Below are positions 20,043 through 29,341 of a stretch of DNA of 64,000 bases, piece by piece. The notes beneath the pieces were generated by a model. The model was not told the origin of the DNA, made no database searches, and saw only the letters and a list, made by a program, of their open reading frames with translations. The translations under genes were made by a program, and so were the position numbers. This stretch comes from Candidatus Poribacteria bacterium. Its GTDB lineage: Bacteria; Poribacteria; WGA-4E; WGA-3G. Each line of letters opens with the position of its first letter. Within the stretch, counting starts at the first letter, position 1. The stretch covers positions 1,312,001 to 1,376,000 of the forward strand of contig CBDANF010000003.1 in assembly GCA_965197475.1 (NCBI GenBank), given 5' to 3'.

Positions 20043-20160
20043 CCAATTCCCATCAAAAGAAATGGTCTAACAATTATCTTCCTCGTCAGGAAGCCCTTAC
20101 GATGTCAGTCTATGTCTGATTTTATGCTGTTTTTCTTATGTCCAAAACTACTTATTCCGT

Positions 20161-21510
20161 AATATATTACCGCGAGTTCCAGAGTTGCAAGCCGTGTTTG
20201 AGGATCCTGCGGTTCGCGGTGCATTTACCAGTATTTTAGGGCAGAATTACGTGATGCATTCACATCGGCATCCGCATCAGAATGCACCACACAGCGGGGG
20301 GCAAGGGTTTCATAAGGATAGCTATTGGGGACATGAGAAAGTTCGGCATCACCGTCCTCGTTGGGCGATGGCGTTCTACTATCCGCAGGATACACCTGTT
20401 GAAATCGGTCCCTCAGCAATCTTATCGGGAACGCAATACTACAGTAACAGGATTACTGAGAACAACGATGGTGAAGTTGCACTTAGTGGTGAAGCGGGGA
20501 CGGTCTCACTTATCCACTTTGACCTGTGGCATCGTGCGATGGCAAACCAGACCGATAAGACTCGCTACATGATGAAGTTTCAGTTTATCCGCATGGATGA
20601 ACCACAAGAACCGGAATGGAACGTGGCTGATCCAACGTGGAACGTAGATGGACTTGACGAGAATGGCAACTCTGCTGCCAAAAGACATCAAACGACATGG
20701 CGACACGTTTGGAATTGGATGACTGGCGGATCGAACGGACATGCATCCAAGCAAGCCAACGGCAACTTGACAACGCACATTGAAGCGTTGAGCGATGCGG
20801 ATCCATCTGTACGTTCTGACGCTGTTGATGAATTAGGGTTGTTAGGTGAATCCGCTGCTGATGTTATTCCGATGTTGAGCCAAGCTTTACATGACGACTA
20901 TGAACCCGTCAGGCTCAATACTGCCTATGCATTGGGTGCAATTGGCGAACCTGCTGTGCCGACATTGATTGAAAAACTATCTGATGAAAATGGTACGGCG
21001 CGACGAATGGCTTCGTATGGATTAGCAGCAGTCGGCGCGCCTGCTGTGCCGGCACTTTGTGAGGTATTAGCACATGAAAATGATGAGGTGCGACATCAAG
21101 CGACTTACGCTTTAGCACAGATAGGACGCGCGGCGGAGCCTGCAGTTGATGCTTTGATAGATCGTTCTAAAGATAGCAAAGTTGAAGTCCGCCGATATAT
21201 TCCAGAAGTCCTCGGAGGAATTGGGGCATCTGCAGCACCAGCGGTGCCGGTGTTAACCGATATGTTGGCAAACGATGAGGATGTCCAAGTACGTTTTGAG
21301 TCAGCATTAGCGTTAGGGCAGATTGGTCCTGCTTCAAGCGATGCAATTCCTATATTGAAGGACTCGCTCTCGGATAGTAATCGCTACGTTAGAGACAACT
21401 CTATCCATGCGCTGAAACGGATCGGCACTCCTGAAGCGGAATCAGCACTCTTCGATTATTTGTTGATGGCGCGATGGTGTGCCATTACCAACAGCGAAAG
21501 CACATTCTAA
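20161..21510 (+). pseudogene. PhyH plus HEAT-repeat protein, 5'-truncated by IS1595
   Basis: Frame open to the IS junction (NILPRVPELQAVF); FHKD and WHR iron ligands; HEAT repeats (ALG.IG..AVP.L). Confidence 0.8.
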
Positions 21511-21607
21511 ATTAGTAGAGTTTACAGATTTTAAAACTATTGTAGGCGTTCTTTGTAAGCGCGCCTACAATGTGTAAGGTATTATTCCACTTTAGGAGGA
21601 AGATTTT

Positions 21608-22557
21608 ATGAACATCTTGGAACACGCAGAGGAACTAATCAACGAAATTCAAAATCGGTTGGAGGAAAACGAAAGAGCCGCTGAAGAATCGGTCAAGAGA
21701 ATTCACAATCAATTAGAGGAACATAGAAACGCTGCGGAAGAACAAATTGAGAGAATTCACAATCAGATTCACCAAGAAGCGGAATCCGATGAAGAACAGA
21801 TCCGAAAGTTGCATGATGGCTTGGAAGAACATCGCAGATGTGTTCAAGAACAGCTTCAAAAGCTTCAAGAAGAGTCGGAAGAATATGATCGTAACATTGA
21901 GGAACAGGTTGAAAGTATTCACGAGCAGATCGACCAAGCCAGAGAAAACGCCGAAGAGCAGATTGAAAGAATCCGCGAGCAGATCGAACAAAACGAGGAA
22001 GCGGCGGAAGAACAAATTGAAAGAATTCGGGAAAAAGCGGAGGAATACCGAGACAATTCGGATGAACGGGTTGAAAGAATTCGGAAACGGATTGAAGAAC
22101 TCAGAGATGCTGCTGAGAACCATTCGGAAAGAATTCATGTTGAAACCCATACATCAGTTGAACAACCCACCGAACCCAACAGAGTGCAATCACTGATAAG
22201 ACGTTTTGACGCGCAGTACAAGGATGGCACGCTGCTACCACGATTAGCCAAACTTATGTTATGAACGGTGTTGAAGTATTGAAATATAGTGGGAAGTTAC
22301 TGCCATTAAACGAAATGGATGAACGTTATCCACGTAGTGAGTGGCTTCAAACACTTCTTGATAAAAACATCACTATTGAAAACCTACATGATTATTGTCG
22401 TTATCTGAACGCACGCGATATGTTGGTGTGGATACAAAAGAAACCTGACGTTTGGACATCTGGTCTTTTCGATATTCCTCCCACAGAGAATTGGGAAACC
22501 TACCAAGAAGCGTATATTAATCAATTGACAAATCCGAACAAGGCACCACATGCCTAA
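21608..22557 (+). pseudogene. Coiled-coil (18-aa period) protein fused to a lineage-specific domain, frameshifted near 22225
   Basis: Two overlapping ORFs; the second frame is open upstream of its ATG (HAATTISQTYVMNG); joined product aligns by eye with the 33223-34695 protein. Confidence 0.6.
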
Positions 22558-22623
22558 CTTTTGACAGTGATTCACATCGCACTTATTGAAAGGAACGAAT
22601 CAAGAGGTAAATTCACCTCATTG

Positions 22624-23667
22624 TTAATCAGTTTTTTGTGCCTTGACTCTCCCCCAAGTTGTCACCAGAGAATCCGCGGGTTCAACAGGATAGGTTTGAC
22701 CTACCCAACCGAGAAATTCCACAGTTCGCTTCATTGTTATTAAAATGGGTTCAGGTTCACCACCGGATGCTGGAATCACGAAGTTTCCAATAGAACGGAA
22801 TAGTTCAAGGCTATTAATGAGGTCTGGATGTAAATAGGATTTATAGGCAATATACTGTCCATCAGGAGACCATGACTGGACATAATAACTATAATTCTCT
22901 TTGACGTGTAAAATCTCAATTTCTGAATCTGGTTGCACAGGTGCTATTGCTATCCCTGTTCCCCACCGTTCTCCATCTTTATTTACATCAGTACTGAAAG
23001 CAATGTACTGGCTGTCTGGCGAAAAAAATGCAAAGTTATAGCGTGCTTTGTGCGTAATTCGGAAGACATTTTTTGACTTAACATTTAAAATAAATAAACC
23101 TCTATTTGATACATAAGCTATGTGCTTTCCATCTGGTGCCCATTGTATATATTCAACCAGTCTCACAGCAATATCTAAAATAAGTTCAACTTTGGGTTTA
23201 CGTTTTGTGACTTCCTCATTTTTTACAAGTTGGAACCCATTTCGTGTTAAAAAAATGACATCTCCTTTTTCCGAGATGTCAGCATAAAATATACTACCAT
23301 ATTCCCCTTGTGTAATGTTTATTGCGCCTCTCTCAGGATGTCTTCTGTCCAAAATATAAACATCATCGTTTCCGGTGATTCTTTGGATATTGTTAGCAAT
23401 CTGTTCGCGCTTGATATTATCGTAAGCAGCAACAACGACATATTCTCCATCTCTTTGGAACTCAATTGATTTGATTTCATAAAATGTCTTGCGGAAGAGT
23501 TTGCGCGCTGTTGTGCCTTCCGTGTTGGAAATCCATATTTCCTCCTCGGTTAATGGATGGACAAAGATTATTTCTCCTGTGGGAGCAGCATTCACAGGTG
23601 TTAATACAAAAAACAAACTGATATAGAAAAAACACAAACGTCCGCAAGTTTGAATTAAATTATTCAT
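22624..23667 (-). CDS. Secreted TolB/PD40-like beta-propeller with C-terminal VEP...TTWGxxK motif
   Basis: Signal peptide; WAPDG, FSPDS and WSPDG repeats. Confidence 0.8.
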   Translation of the reverse strand: MNNLIQTCGRLCFFYISLFFVLTPVNAAPTGEIIFVHPLTEEEIWISNTEGTTARKLFRKTFYEIKSIEFQRDGEYVVVAAYDNIKREQIANNIQRITGNDDVYILDRRHPERGAINITQGEYGSIFYADISEKGDVIFLTRNGFQLVKNEEVTKRKPKVELILDIAVRLVEYIQWAPDGKHIAYVSNRGLFILNVKSKNVFRITHKARYNFAFFSPDSQYIAFSTDVNKDGERWGTGIAIAPVQPDSEIEILHVKENYSYYVQSWSPDGQYIAYKSYLHPDLINSLELFRSIGNFVIPASGGEPEPILITMKRTVEFLGWVGQTYPVEPADSLVTTWGRVKAQKTD

Positions 23668-24679
23668 TTTTACCTCCGTTTCCTGTTTCGCGTTTTAATT
23701 GTCCCCAGGTGGTAGCAAGTTTGGATTCGGGTTCAACTGGATAAGATTTCTGTGTCCATTCCAATGTAAAAGCACCCCCGTCAATGCTTTTTAATATTTG
23801 AACAGCTCGTTTATTTACTATTGATACAACGAAATTTGTATATTCCGTAATTGGAAACCATAATACAAACCCTTTGATTTCAATTAGTACGTAGGCAATT
23901 GACTTTCCGTCTGGTGTCCAAGTGAGATAATAGCAAAAAAGGGGGGCTTTTATCCTCTTAAGTATCTTCACATCTTGAGGATTATCAATTGGGAAAAAAC
24001 CAATTTCGCTAAATCCTTGTCGGTTATTTCCCGAAGTAGAGACGATAAAAGCTAACTTACTTCCATCTGGTGAAAAGACAGGACGATACCCATAATCTAA
24101 TAGTTGTGTGACTTCTTTTGTAAATACATCCAGGAGGAATATACCCTCGTTATTTGAAAAAGCAACTTCTCTTCCATTAGGTGCCCAGTCTACATAATTA
24201 GCAGGTCCATCATACAATTTTTCTGCATGTGGGAATATCTCATGTATCTCGTCATTTGGTATAAGATAGATACCATCAGGAAATTTGTTAAGGATTTTGT
24301 TTGCAAACACCACATCCCCATTAGATGAAATGGCAGCATCTGAAACAATACTATACCTGCCATAAGTTAAATCCTTGCGCCCTTTTTTCCAATTATTGCT
24401 GTCAAATAGATATACATCAACACCACCTTCGATTCCGCGCCCTCTACCAACACACAAGATGTATCGGTCACCTTCCTGAATTGAAAATCTATTAACAATT
24501 AAAGGTGGATTAAATAGACGACGTGCATTGTTTCCATCAATATTGCTCTGCCATATCCCTTGTTGCTTCGGTTGAAAAATTATTTCATCGGCACCAATAG
24601 CATTTACTATGAAAATACTACACAGAAGAAAAATACAGAAACACAACATTTTCCGGTAATTATCAAAAAAATGTGTCAT
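23660..24679 (-). CDS. Secreted TolB/PD40-like beta-propeller with C-terminal VEP...TTWGxxK motif
   Basis: Signal peptide; WAPNG, FSPDG and WTPDG; paralog of the downstream gene. Confidence 0.8.
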   Translation of the reverse strand: MTHFFDNYRKMLCFCIFLLCSIFIVNAIGADEIIFQPKQQGIWQSNIDGNNARRLFNPPLIVNRFSIQEGDRYILCVGRGRGIEGGVDVYLFDSNNWKKGRKDLTYGRYSIVSDAAISSNGDVVFANKILNKFPDGIYLIPNDEIHEIFPHAEKLYDGPANYVDWAPNGREVAFSNNEGIFLLDVFTKEVTQLLDYGYRPVFSPDGSKLAFIVSTSGNNRQGFSEIGFFPIDNPQDVKILKRIKAPLFCYYLTWTPDGKSIAYVLIEIKGFVLWFPITEYTNFVVSIVNKRAVQILKSIDGGAFTLEWTQKSYPVEPESKLATTWGQLKRETGNGGKNE

Positions 24680-24998
24680 AGCGTATCTCCACTTTCAGGG
24701 TTGTGTACAAAAACAAGAGATTCTGTTATCATAATTCGTAGGAGTTTGGGAAAGCTTGATTTCGTATCTAATCAATAACATTCTGATGAACAGAATAACA
24801 TTTCTCACAATCAAAATCAACAAAATTCCCAATCAAAGTCATTCTCGGTAAAAATCATGTTTTCCATGAAATACATCATGAAATTTATCTTGCAAGTGTA
24901 ACAGATATATAGCATAATTAATGCAACCTAACAATGAACATATATTTTGATGAATACACCCCAAGTGTGAACCTGCAGACCGTTCAAAAGGGTAGGGA

Positions 24999-25760
24999 AT
25001 GATGGTTAACCGCAAAGACATCCAAGCCACATGTGATGATATTGTACGTGAGTTTGCACCACTGCAAGTTATTCTATTTGGTTCTTATGCGTATGGCACG
25101 CCCTCGGAATATTCGGATGTTGATCTGTTAGTCGTGATGCCGGTAGCGAAATCTGAAGCACGCCGTCAAGAATTAGAGATTCAAAAACGCATCCCACGCA
25201 GATTCAGTATGGACCTCCTCGTGCGTTCACCAGAAGAGATCGCTTACCGTATTTCACACAACGATTGGTTTCTTCGCGAAGTCACTGAAAAAGGAGAAGT
25301 GCTTTATGAATCTAAAGATTTTTATGTTAAACCTCATAAAAAAGAGAATACTGAAATGAATCCTATTACATTGGAGTGGATTGAAATAGCCGAAGGCGAT
25401 TACGATGCTGCAATGCAAATTCAGCAAGGACCGAATCCGATATATCGTATCATCTGCTTTCATGCTCAGCAATGTGCAGAAAAATATCTAAAGGCATGGC
25501 TTCAAGAGGCGAATATCCCTGCTCCAAGGACACACAATTTAGTAGAATTATTGAGCCTGATTCTACCTTCACAACCTTCTTGGAACTCTTGGCAAGCTGA
25601 TCTTGCAGAATTATCGAAACATGCTGTGGATACACGTTATTTAGGACAATTGCCAACTGCTGCTGATGCTGAAAAAGCAATACAAATCTGTGAAATGGTG
25701 CGCCAAGCAGTTCGCGCACAGTTGAAACTACCTATTGAAGAGAATGAGAATAAACTCTAA
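24999..25760 (+). CDS. Fused minimal nucleotidyltransferase (MNT)-HEPN protein
   Basis: ILFGSYAYG....SDVDLLV followed by W...AEGD...CFHAQQCAEKYLKA...THNL...TRY. Confidence 0.88.
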   Translation: MMVNRKDIQATCDDIVREFAPLQVILFGSYAYGTPSEYSDVDLLVVMPVAKSEARRQELEIQKRIPRRFSMDLLVRSPEEIAYRISHNDWFLREVTEKGEVLYESKDFYVKPHKKENTEMNPITLEWIEIAEGDYDAAMQIQQGPNPIYRIICFHAQQCAEKYLKAWLQEANIPAPRTHNLVELLSLILPSQPSWNSWQADLAELSKHAVDTRYLGQLPTAADAEKAIQICEMVRQAVRAQLKLPIEENENKL

Positions 25761-26911
25761 TGAATTATGATCTGATTGTCAAAAACGGAACTCTGGTTGA
25801 TCCTGCGCAAGATATCCATGCCCAAAAAGATATTGCGTTCGCGAATGGTTGTGTTTCAACTGTCAGTAATGATATCCCTTCGTCTGCAGCACGAGATGTT
25901 GTGAACGCTGATGGTTGTTATGTCACACCGGGTTTAATTGATTTGCACGTGCATGTCTTCTACGGCGTTAGCCATTTCGGTATTGAACCTGATTCGACCT
26001 GTTTAGCACGTGGCGCGACGACAGTTGTTGATGCTGGGTCAGCAGGCGCAGACACTTTTCCTGGATTTCGGAAATACGTTATAGACGTAAGCGACACCCG
26101 AATCCTTGCCCAATTGAACATTTCTTCACAAGGCATGCTGACACGGGAAATTGGAGAATTAGAAAATCCGGACTATGCCGATCTTGATAAAGCATGCCGA
26201 ATGATAGAGCAGCATCGTGATATAATCCTTGGTGTCAAGGTGAGATTGACCCGCGAATCTATCGTCGGGGAACGTGCAGGTATGCAACCGTTGTATAAAG
26301 CACGTGAGGCTGCCGATGCTGCTGGACTTCCGATGATGGTCCACCCGCAAGACGCATGGTGTCAGTCCATAGATGACATATTAGCGGTAATGGGTAAGCG
26401 CGATATCCTTACGCACTGCTTCCACGATATGGCATGCGGCATTTTAGATGAAAATGGGAGAGTTCGCGATTCCGTGCACGCTGCGATTGAACGTGATGTT
26501 ATCTTTGACGTTGGGCACGGTGCTGGATCCTTCAGTTGGGATGTCGTTGAAAAAGCGATGGAACAGGGTGTTGAACCGACAACGATCTCATCGGACTTGC
26601 ATGTCTATAATATCAACGGTCCGGTTTACGATCTGGTAAATGTCGTGAATAAATTTCTTTATCTCGGCATGTCTCTTGACGATGCGTTGGCAAAAGTAAC
26701 CAGTGTCCCCGCAGACACGATATTAATGCTTGGGCAAGTTGGAACTTTGGCAGCAGGGGCGTGGGGAGATGCCGTTATATTTGAGATGCGCGAGGGTGAA
26801 TTCCAATTGGTTGATGCCTGCGGTAAGGTTAAAGTCTGTAGACAAAAACTTGAACCTATCGTTGTTATAAAAGGAGGAAAGGTATATCGGCAGAAGCATA
26901 CGCATAACTAA
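25760..26911 (+). CDS. Amidohydrolase/deacetylase-family metallohydrolase (dihydroorotase-like)
   Basis: PGLIDLHVH, GATTVVDAGSAG, G.KVR, THCFH, DVGHG.GSF, TISSDLH. Confidence 0.88.
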   Translation: MNYDLIVKNGTLVDPAQDIHAQKDIAFANGCVSTVSNDIPSSAARDVVNADGCYVTPGLIDLHVHVFYGVSHFGIEPDSTCLARGATTVVDAGSAGADTFPGFRKYVIDVSDTRILAQLNISSQGMLTREIGELENPDYADLDKACRMIEQHRDIILGVKVRLTRESIVGERAGMQPLYKAREAADAAGLPMMVHPQDAWCQSIDDILAVMGKRDILTHCFHDMACGILDENGRVRDSVHAAIERDVIFDVGHGAGSFSWDVVEKAMEQGVEPTTISSDLHVYNINGPVYDLVNVVNKFLYLGMSLDDALAKVTSVPADTILMLGQVGTLAAGAWGDAVIFEMREGEFQLVDACGKVKVCRQKLEPIVVIKGGKVYRQKHTHN

Positions 26912-26982
26912 GGATTTATTCAGAACAATACACATTCATTTTCTGTCGAAAAACCGAAATTAGTTGAATAGGAGGGTGAATC

Positions 26983-28857
26983 ATGAAATCCCAAGACATT
27001 GTTGAACAACAGTATTATGAAGCTGTCGATTCGCTTGTTGAAAAGGTGCAGGAGGATCCGTATATTCTTGCCGCAATAGTTGCTGGCAGTTTCTCTTATG
27101 CACAGGTTTGGGAAAAATCGGATTTGGACGTTGAAATTATAGGAAAAGATGGCATTCGTCCGACACAATCGTTTTTCTCATTGGTAGAAAATGGTATCAA
27201 CATCCATGCGGGTTTGTCCCCTCGCAGTTCCTTTAAGCGGTCAATAGAGAGTGCGCAACAGGGTTCCTTCATGCATTCCTATTTTTCCCACAGCACGCTC
27301 CTATTTTCAAGAGATGATTCCATCAAAGAATGGTATGATAAGAACGCGAGTCGTGATAGCATCGGTGAACGTGATAAGCAGCTGCAAGTGCTGAACGTTA
27401 TTGCTGAGACCTTGCCAACGCTAATCTATGCCGAAAAGCAGTTTTACGTCAACAATGATGTCGTAACCTGTTTTCTGTCAATCCTGCACGTTGTGGAAGG
27501 CTTAGCACGGGTAGAGGTACTTTTAAACAATCAAATCCCCGCACGCGAAGTCATCCAACCGGCCCTCAACTACAATCCTGATTTCTTCACACATGTTTAT
27601 ACCGACCTGATTAACTGCGAAAAGAACGATGCCGTTATCCAAGAAGCAATATATGCTATTAATGCATATATTGATGAACGTCAGTTTGTTTTTCAACCGA
27701 TTCTGGATTATCTCGCAGAGCAGAAAGGCGCGCGGACAAACTCAGAGATGAACGCCTATTTCCATTCAAAATTCCGTGATGCTTCTGTTGATATGATATG
27801 CCAATGGTTAACATGGAAAGGTATCATCCAGCAGGTTTCTGCCCCAATGAAACTGACTGCCAAAAGCCAAATTGCAGTAGAAGAACCGGCGTACTATTAC
27901 GATAATTTGGATCCTGAAGTGCATGAACCGCGCCTGAAATCAGATATCCATCCCGATATTGAAGATGCGGTAAAAAGGTTCGCGGACACTATTGCAGAGG
28001 ATCGTTATATTGTTGCTGCAATTCTCACCAGTAATTTGGCAGAAGACAACGTGTGGGAGAAAACAAATGTTCACATTACGCTTATTATGAGAGATGGCAC
28101 GAAATTTCAACAAAGCGAGTGTCAATTAATAGAGGATGGAATACCGATCCGCGTAAGACTCCAAAACCGAAATGCATATAAAAAGTTGATGGAAAGGAAC
28201 TTACAAGGGAGCGGAATCTTTGCTATCATGTCCCAAAGTGAAATACTTTGGACTAAAGATCCGTCTCTTGCTGATTTACATAAAGACCTTGATGTTATCG
28301 GTGAACGTGATAAAGCATCTCAGCTATTTAATGCAGCAAGCATGGTCACTACCGTACTTGACAAAACAGAAAAGTGGTTCTATGTCAAGAAAGATTACAA
28401 TTATACGTTTCTTTATTTGACCTATGCTGTAAGAGAATTAGCGCGTCTTGAAACTATCAGGCATGGTGAAACGCCAAAACGTAAAGTGATTTACCAAGCA
28501 CTCAAGCATAATCCAGAGTTTTTTAATACTATCTTTACCGATATTATCGATGTCCCCAAAAATGAGGAAAACCTTGGCAAGGCGCTGCAACTGATTGATA
28601 CATATTTAGAAGATAACGCGCAGACGTTTTTTACACCGCTACTCGATTTTTTAGAGGATGCGGGAGGTGAACAATCACTGTCTGATATTTATGATCACTT
28701 CGGTCATCGCAAACTATGGATTAATATGGCGTGTGAATGGCTTGCGCGTAAGGAGATTTTGGAGCAATTTTCTTCACCTGTCCGACTTACTAAGGATAGT
28801 AAAGTTTCGATGGAAGAGCCTGCATATTATTACGATGTTGAAAATCCGTTTTTGTAA
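26983..28857 (+). CDS. Internally duplicated nucleotidyltransferase-like protein
   Basis: Two ~300-aa homologous halves, each ending EEPAYYYD; the first has GS...SDLD. Confidence 0.75.
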   Translation: MKSQDIVEQQYYEAVDSLVEKVQEDPYILAAIVAGSFSYAQVWEKSDLDVEIIGKDGIRPTQSFFSLVENGINIHAGLSPRSSFKRSIESAQQGSFMHSYFSHSTLLFSRDDSIKEWYDKNASRDSIGERDKQLQVLNVIAETLPTLIYAEKQFYVNNDVVTCFLSILHVVEGLARVEVLLNNQIPAREVIQPALNYNPDFFTHVYTDLINCEKNDAVIQEAIYAINAYIDERQFVFQPILDYLAEQKGARTNSEMNAYFHSKFRDASVDMICQWLTWKGIIQQVSAPMKLTAKSQIAVEEPAYYYDNLDPEVHEPRLKSDIHPDIEDAVKRFADTIAEDRYIVAAILTSNLAEDNVWEKTNVHITLIMRDGTKFQQSECQLIEDGIPIRVRLQNRNAYKKLMERNLQGSGIFAIMSQSEILWTKDPSLADLHKDLDVIGERDKASQLFNAASMVTTVLDKTEKWFYVKKDYNYTFLYLTYAVRELARLETIRHGETPKRKVIYQALKHNPEFFNTIFTDIIDVPKNEENLGKALQLIDTYLEDNAQTFFTPLLDFLEDAGGEQSLSDIYDHFGHRKLWINMACEWLARKEILEQFSSPVRLTKDSKVSMEEPAYYYDVENPFL

Positions 28858-28896
28858 GAAAAATTTCTATATTTTTTTAAGATTAAGGAGTTTAAA

Positions 28897-29019
28897 ATGA
28901 CTGAAATAGGCATTCATGAGGCGAAAACACATTTGTCAAATCTTCTCAAGCGTGTTGAGAATGGGGAAAGTTTTTCAATTACGAATAAAGGAAAGGTGGT
29001 CGCAGATGAGAATTGGTAA
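28897..29019 (+). pseudogene. Truncated Phd/YefM-type antitoxin
   Basis: AAGGAG RBS; MTEIGIHEAKTHLSNLLKRVENGESFSITNKGKVVA then early stop; no toxin gene follows. Confidence 0.8.
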
Positions 29020-29061
29020 AGTTAGAATAGATTGCGCGATTACAAACGACACTCTTCCCAC

Positions 29062-29171
29062 TAGGACTTACGCATTTCCTATTTCCTCTTGAAGTCCCCC
29101 TTGATAAGGGGTTAAAACACTGAAAAAGCGACTTTTTACCCTCCTTATCAAGGGGGAATGCGTAAGTCCTG
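29062..29171. mobile_element. MITE with CAGGACTTACGCA TIRs
   Basis: (T)AGGACTTACGCA...TGCGTAAGTCCTG; interior homologous to 53425-53546 in inverse orientation. Confidence 0.8.
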
Positions 29172-29175
29172 GTAT

Positions 29176-29304
29176 TATAGTAAATTCCATAATTATTTAC
29201 ACATTTTTGCACCTCTCTAATTTCCCCTTGCAAAGATGGCATGCCAATTGGGGGATAAAGGGGGTAATCTTTTATGTGTAAACTTAATTGTGGATTCCAC
29301 TATA
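29176..29304. mobile_element. MITE with TA-flanked TIRs
   Basis: tatagtaaattccataatta..tacaca / tgtgtaaacttaattgtggattccactata. Confidence 0.65.
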
Positions 29305-29341
29305 AAAAAGATTGGAACCAAGGGAAAGTAACATTGCTGAG

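Larger units (their letters stand above)
17712..20159 (-). mobile_element. IS1595-family (ISNha5-like, passenger-carrying) insertion sequence, copy 1
   Basis: 22-bp TIRs CGGAATAAGTAGTTT(C/T)GGACAT at both ends; transposase inside; right boundary confirmed by divergence from copy 2; no matching TSD. Confidence 0.88.
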
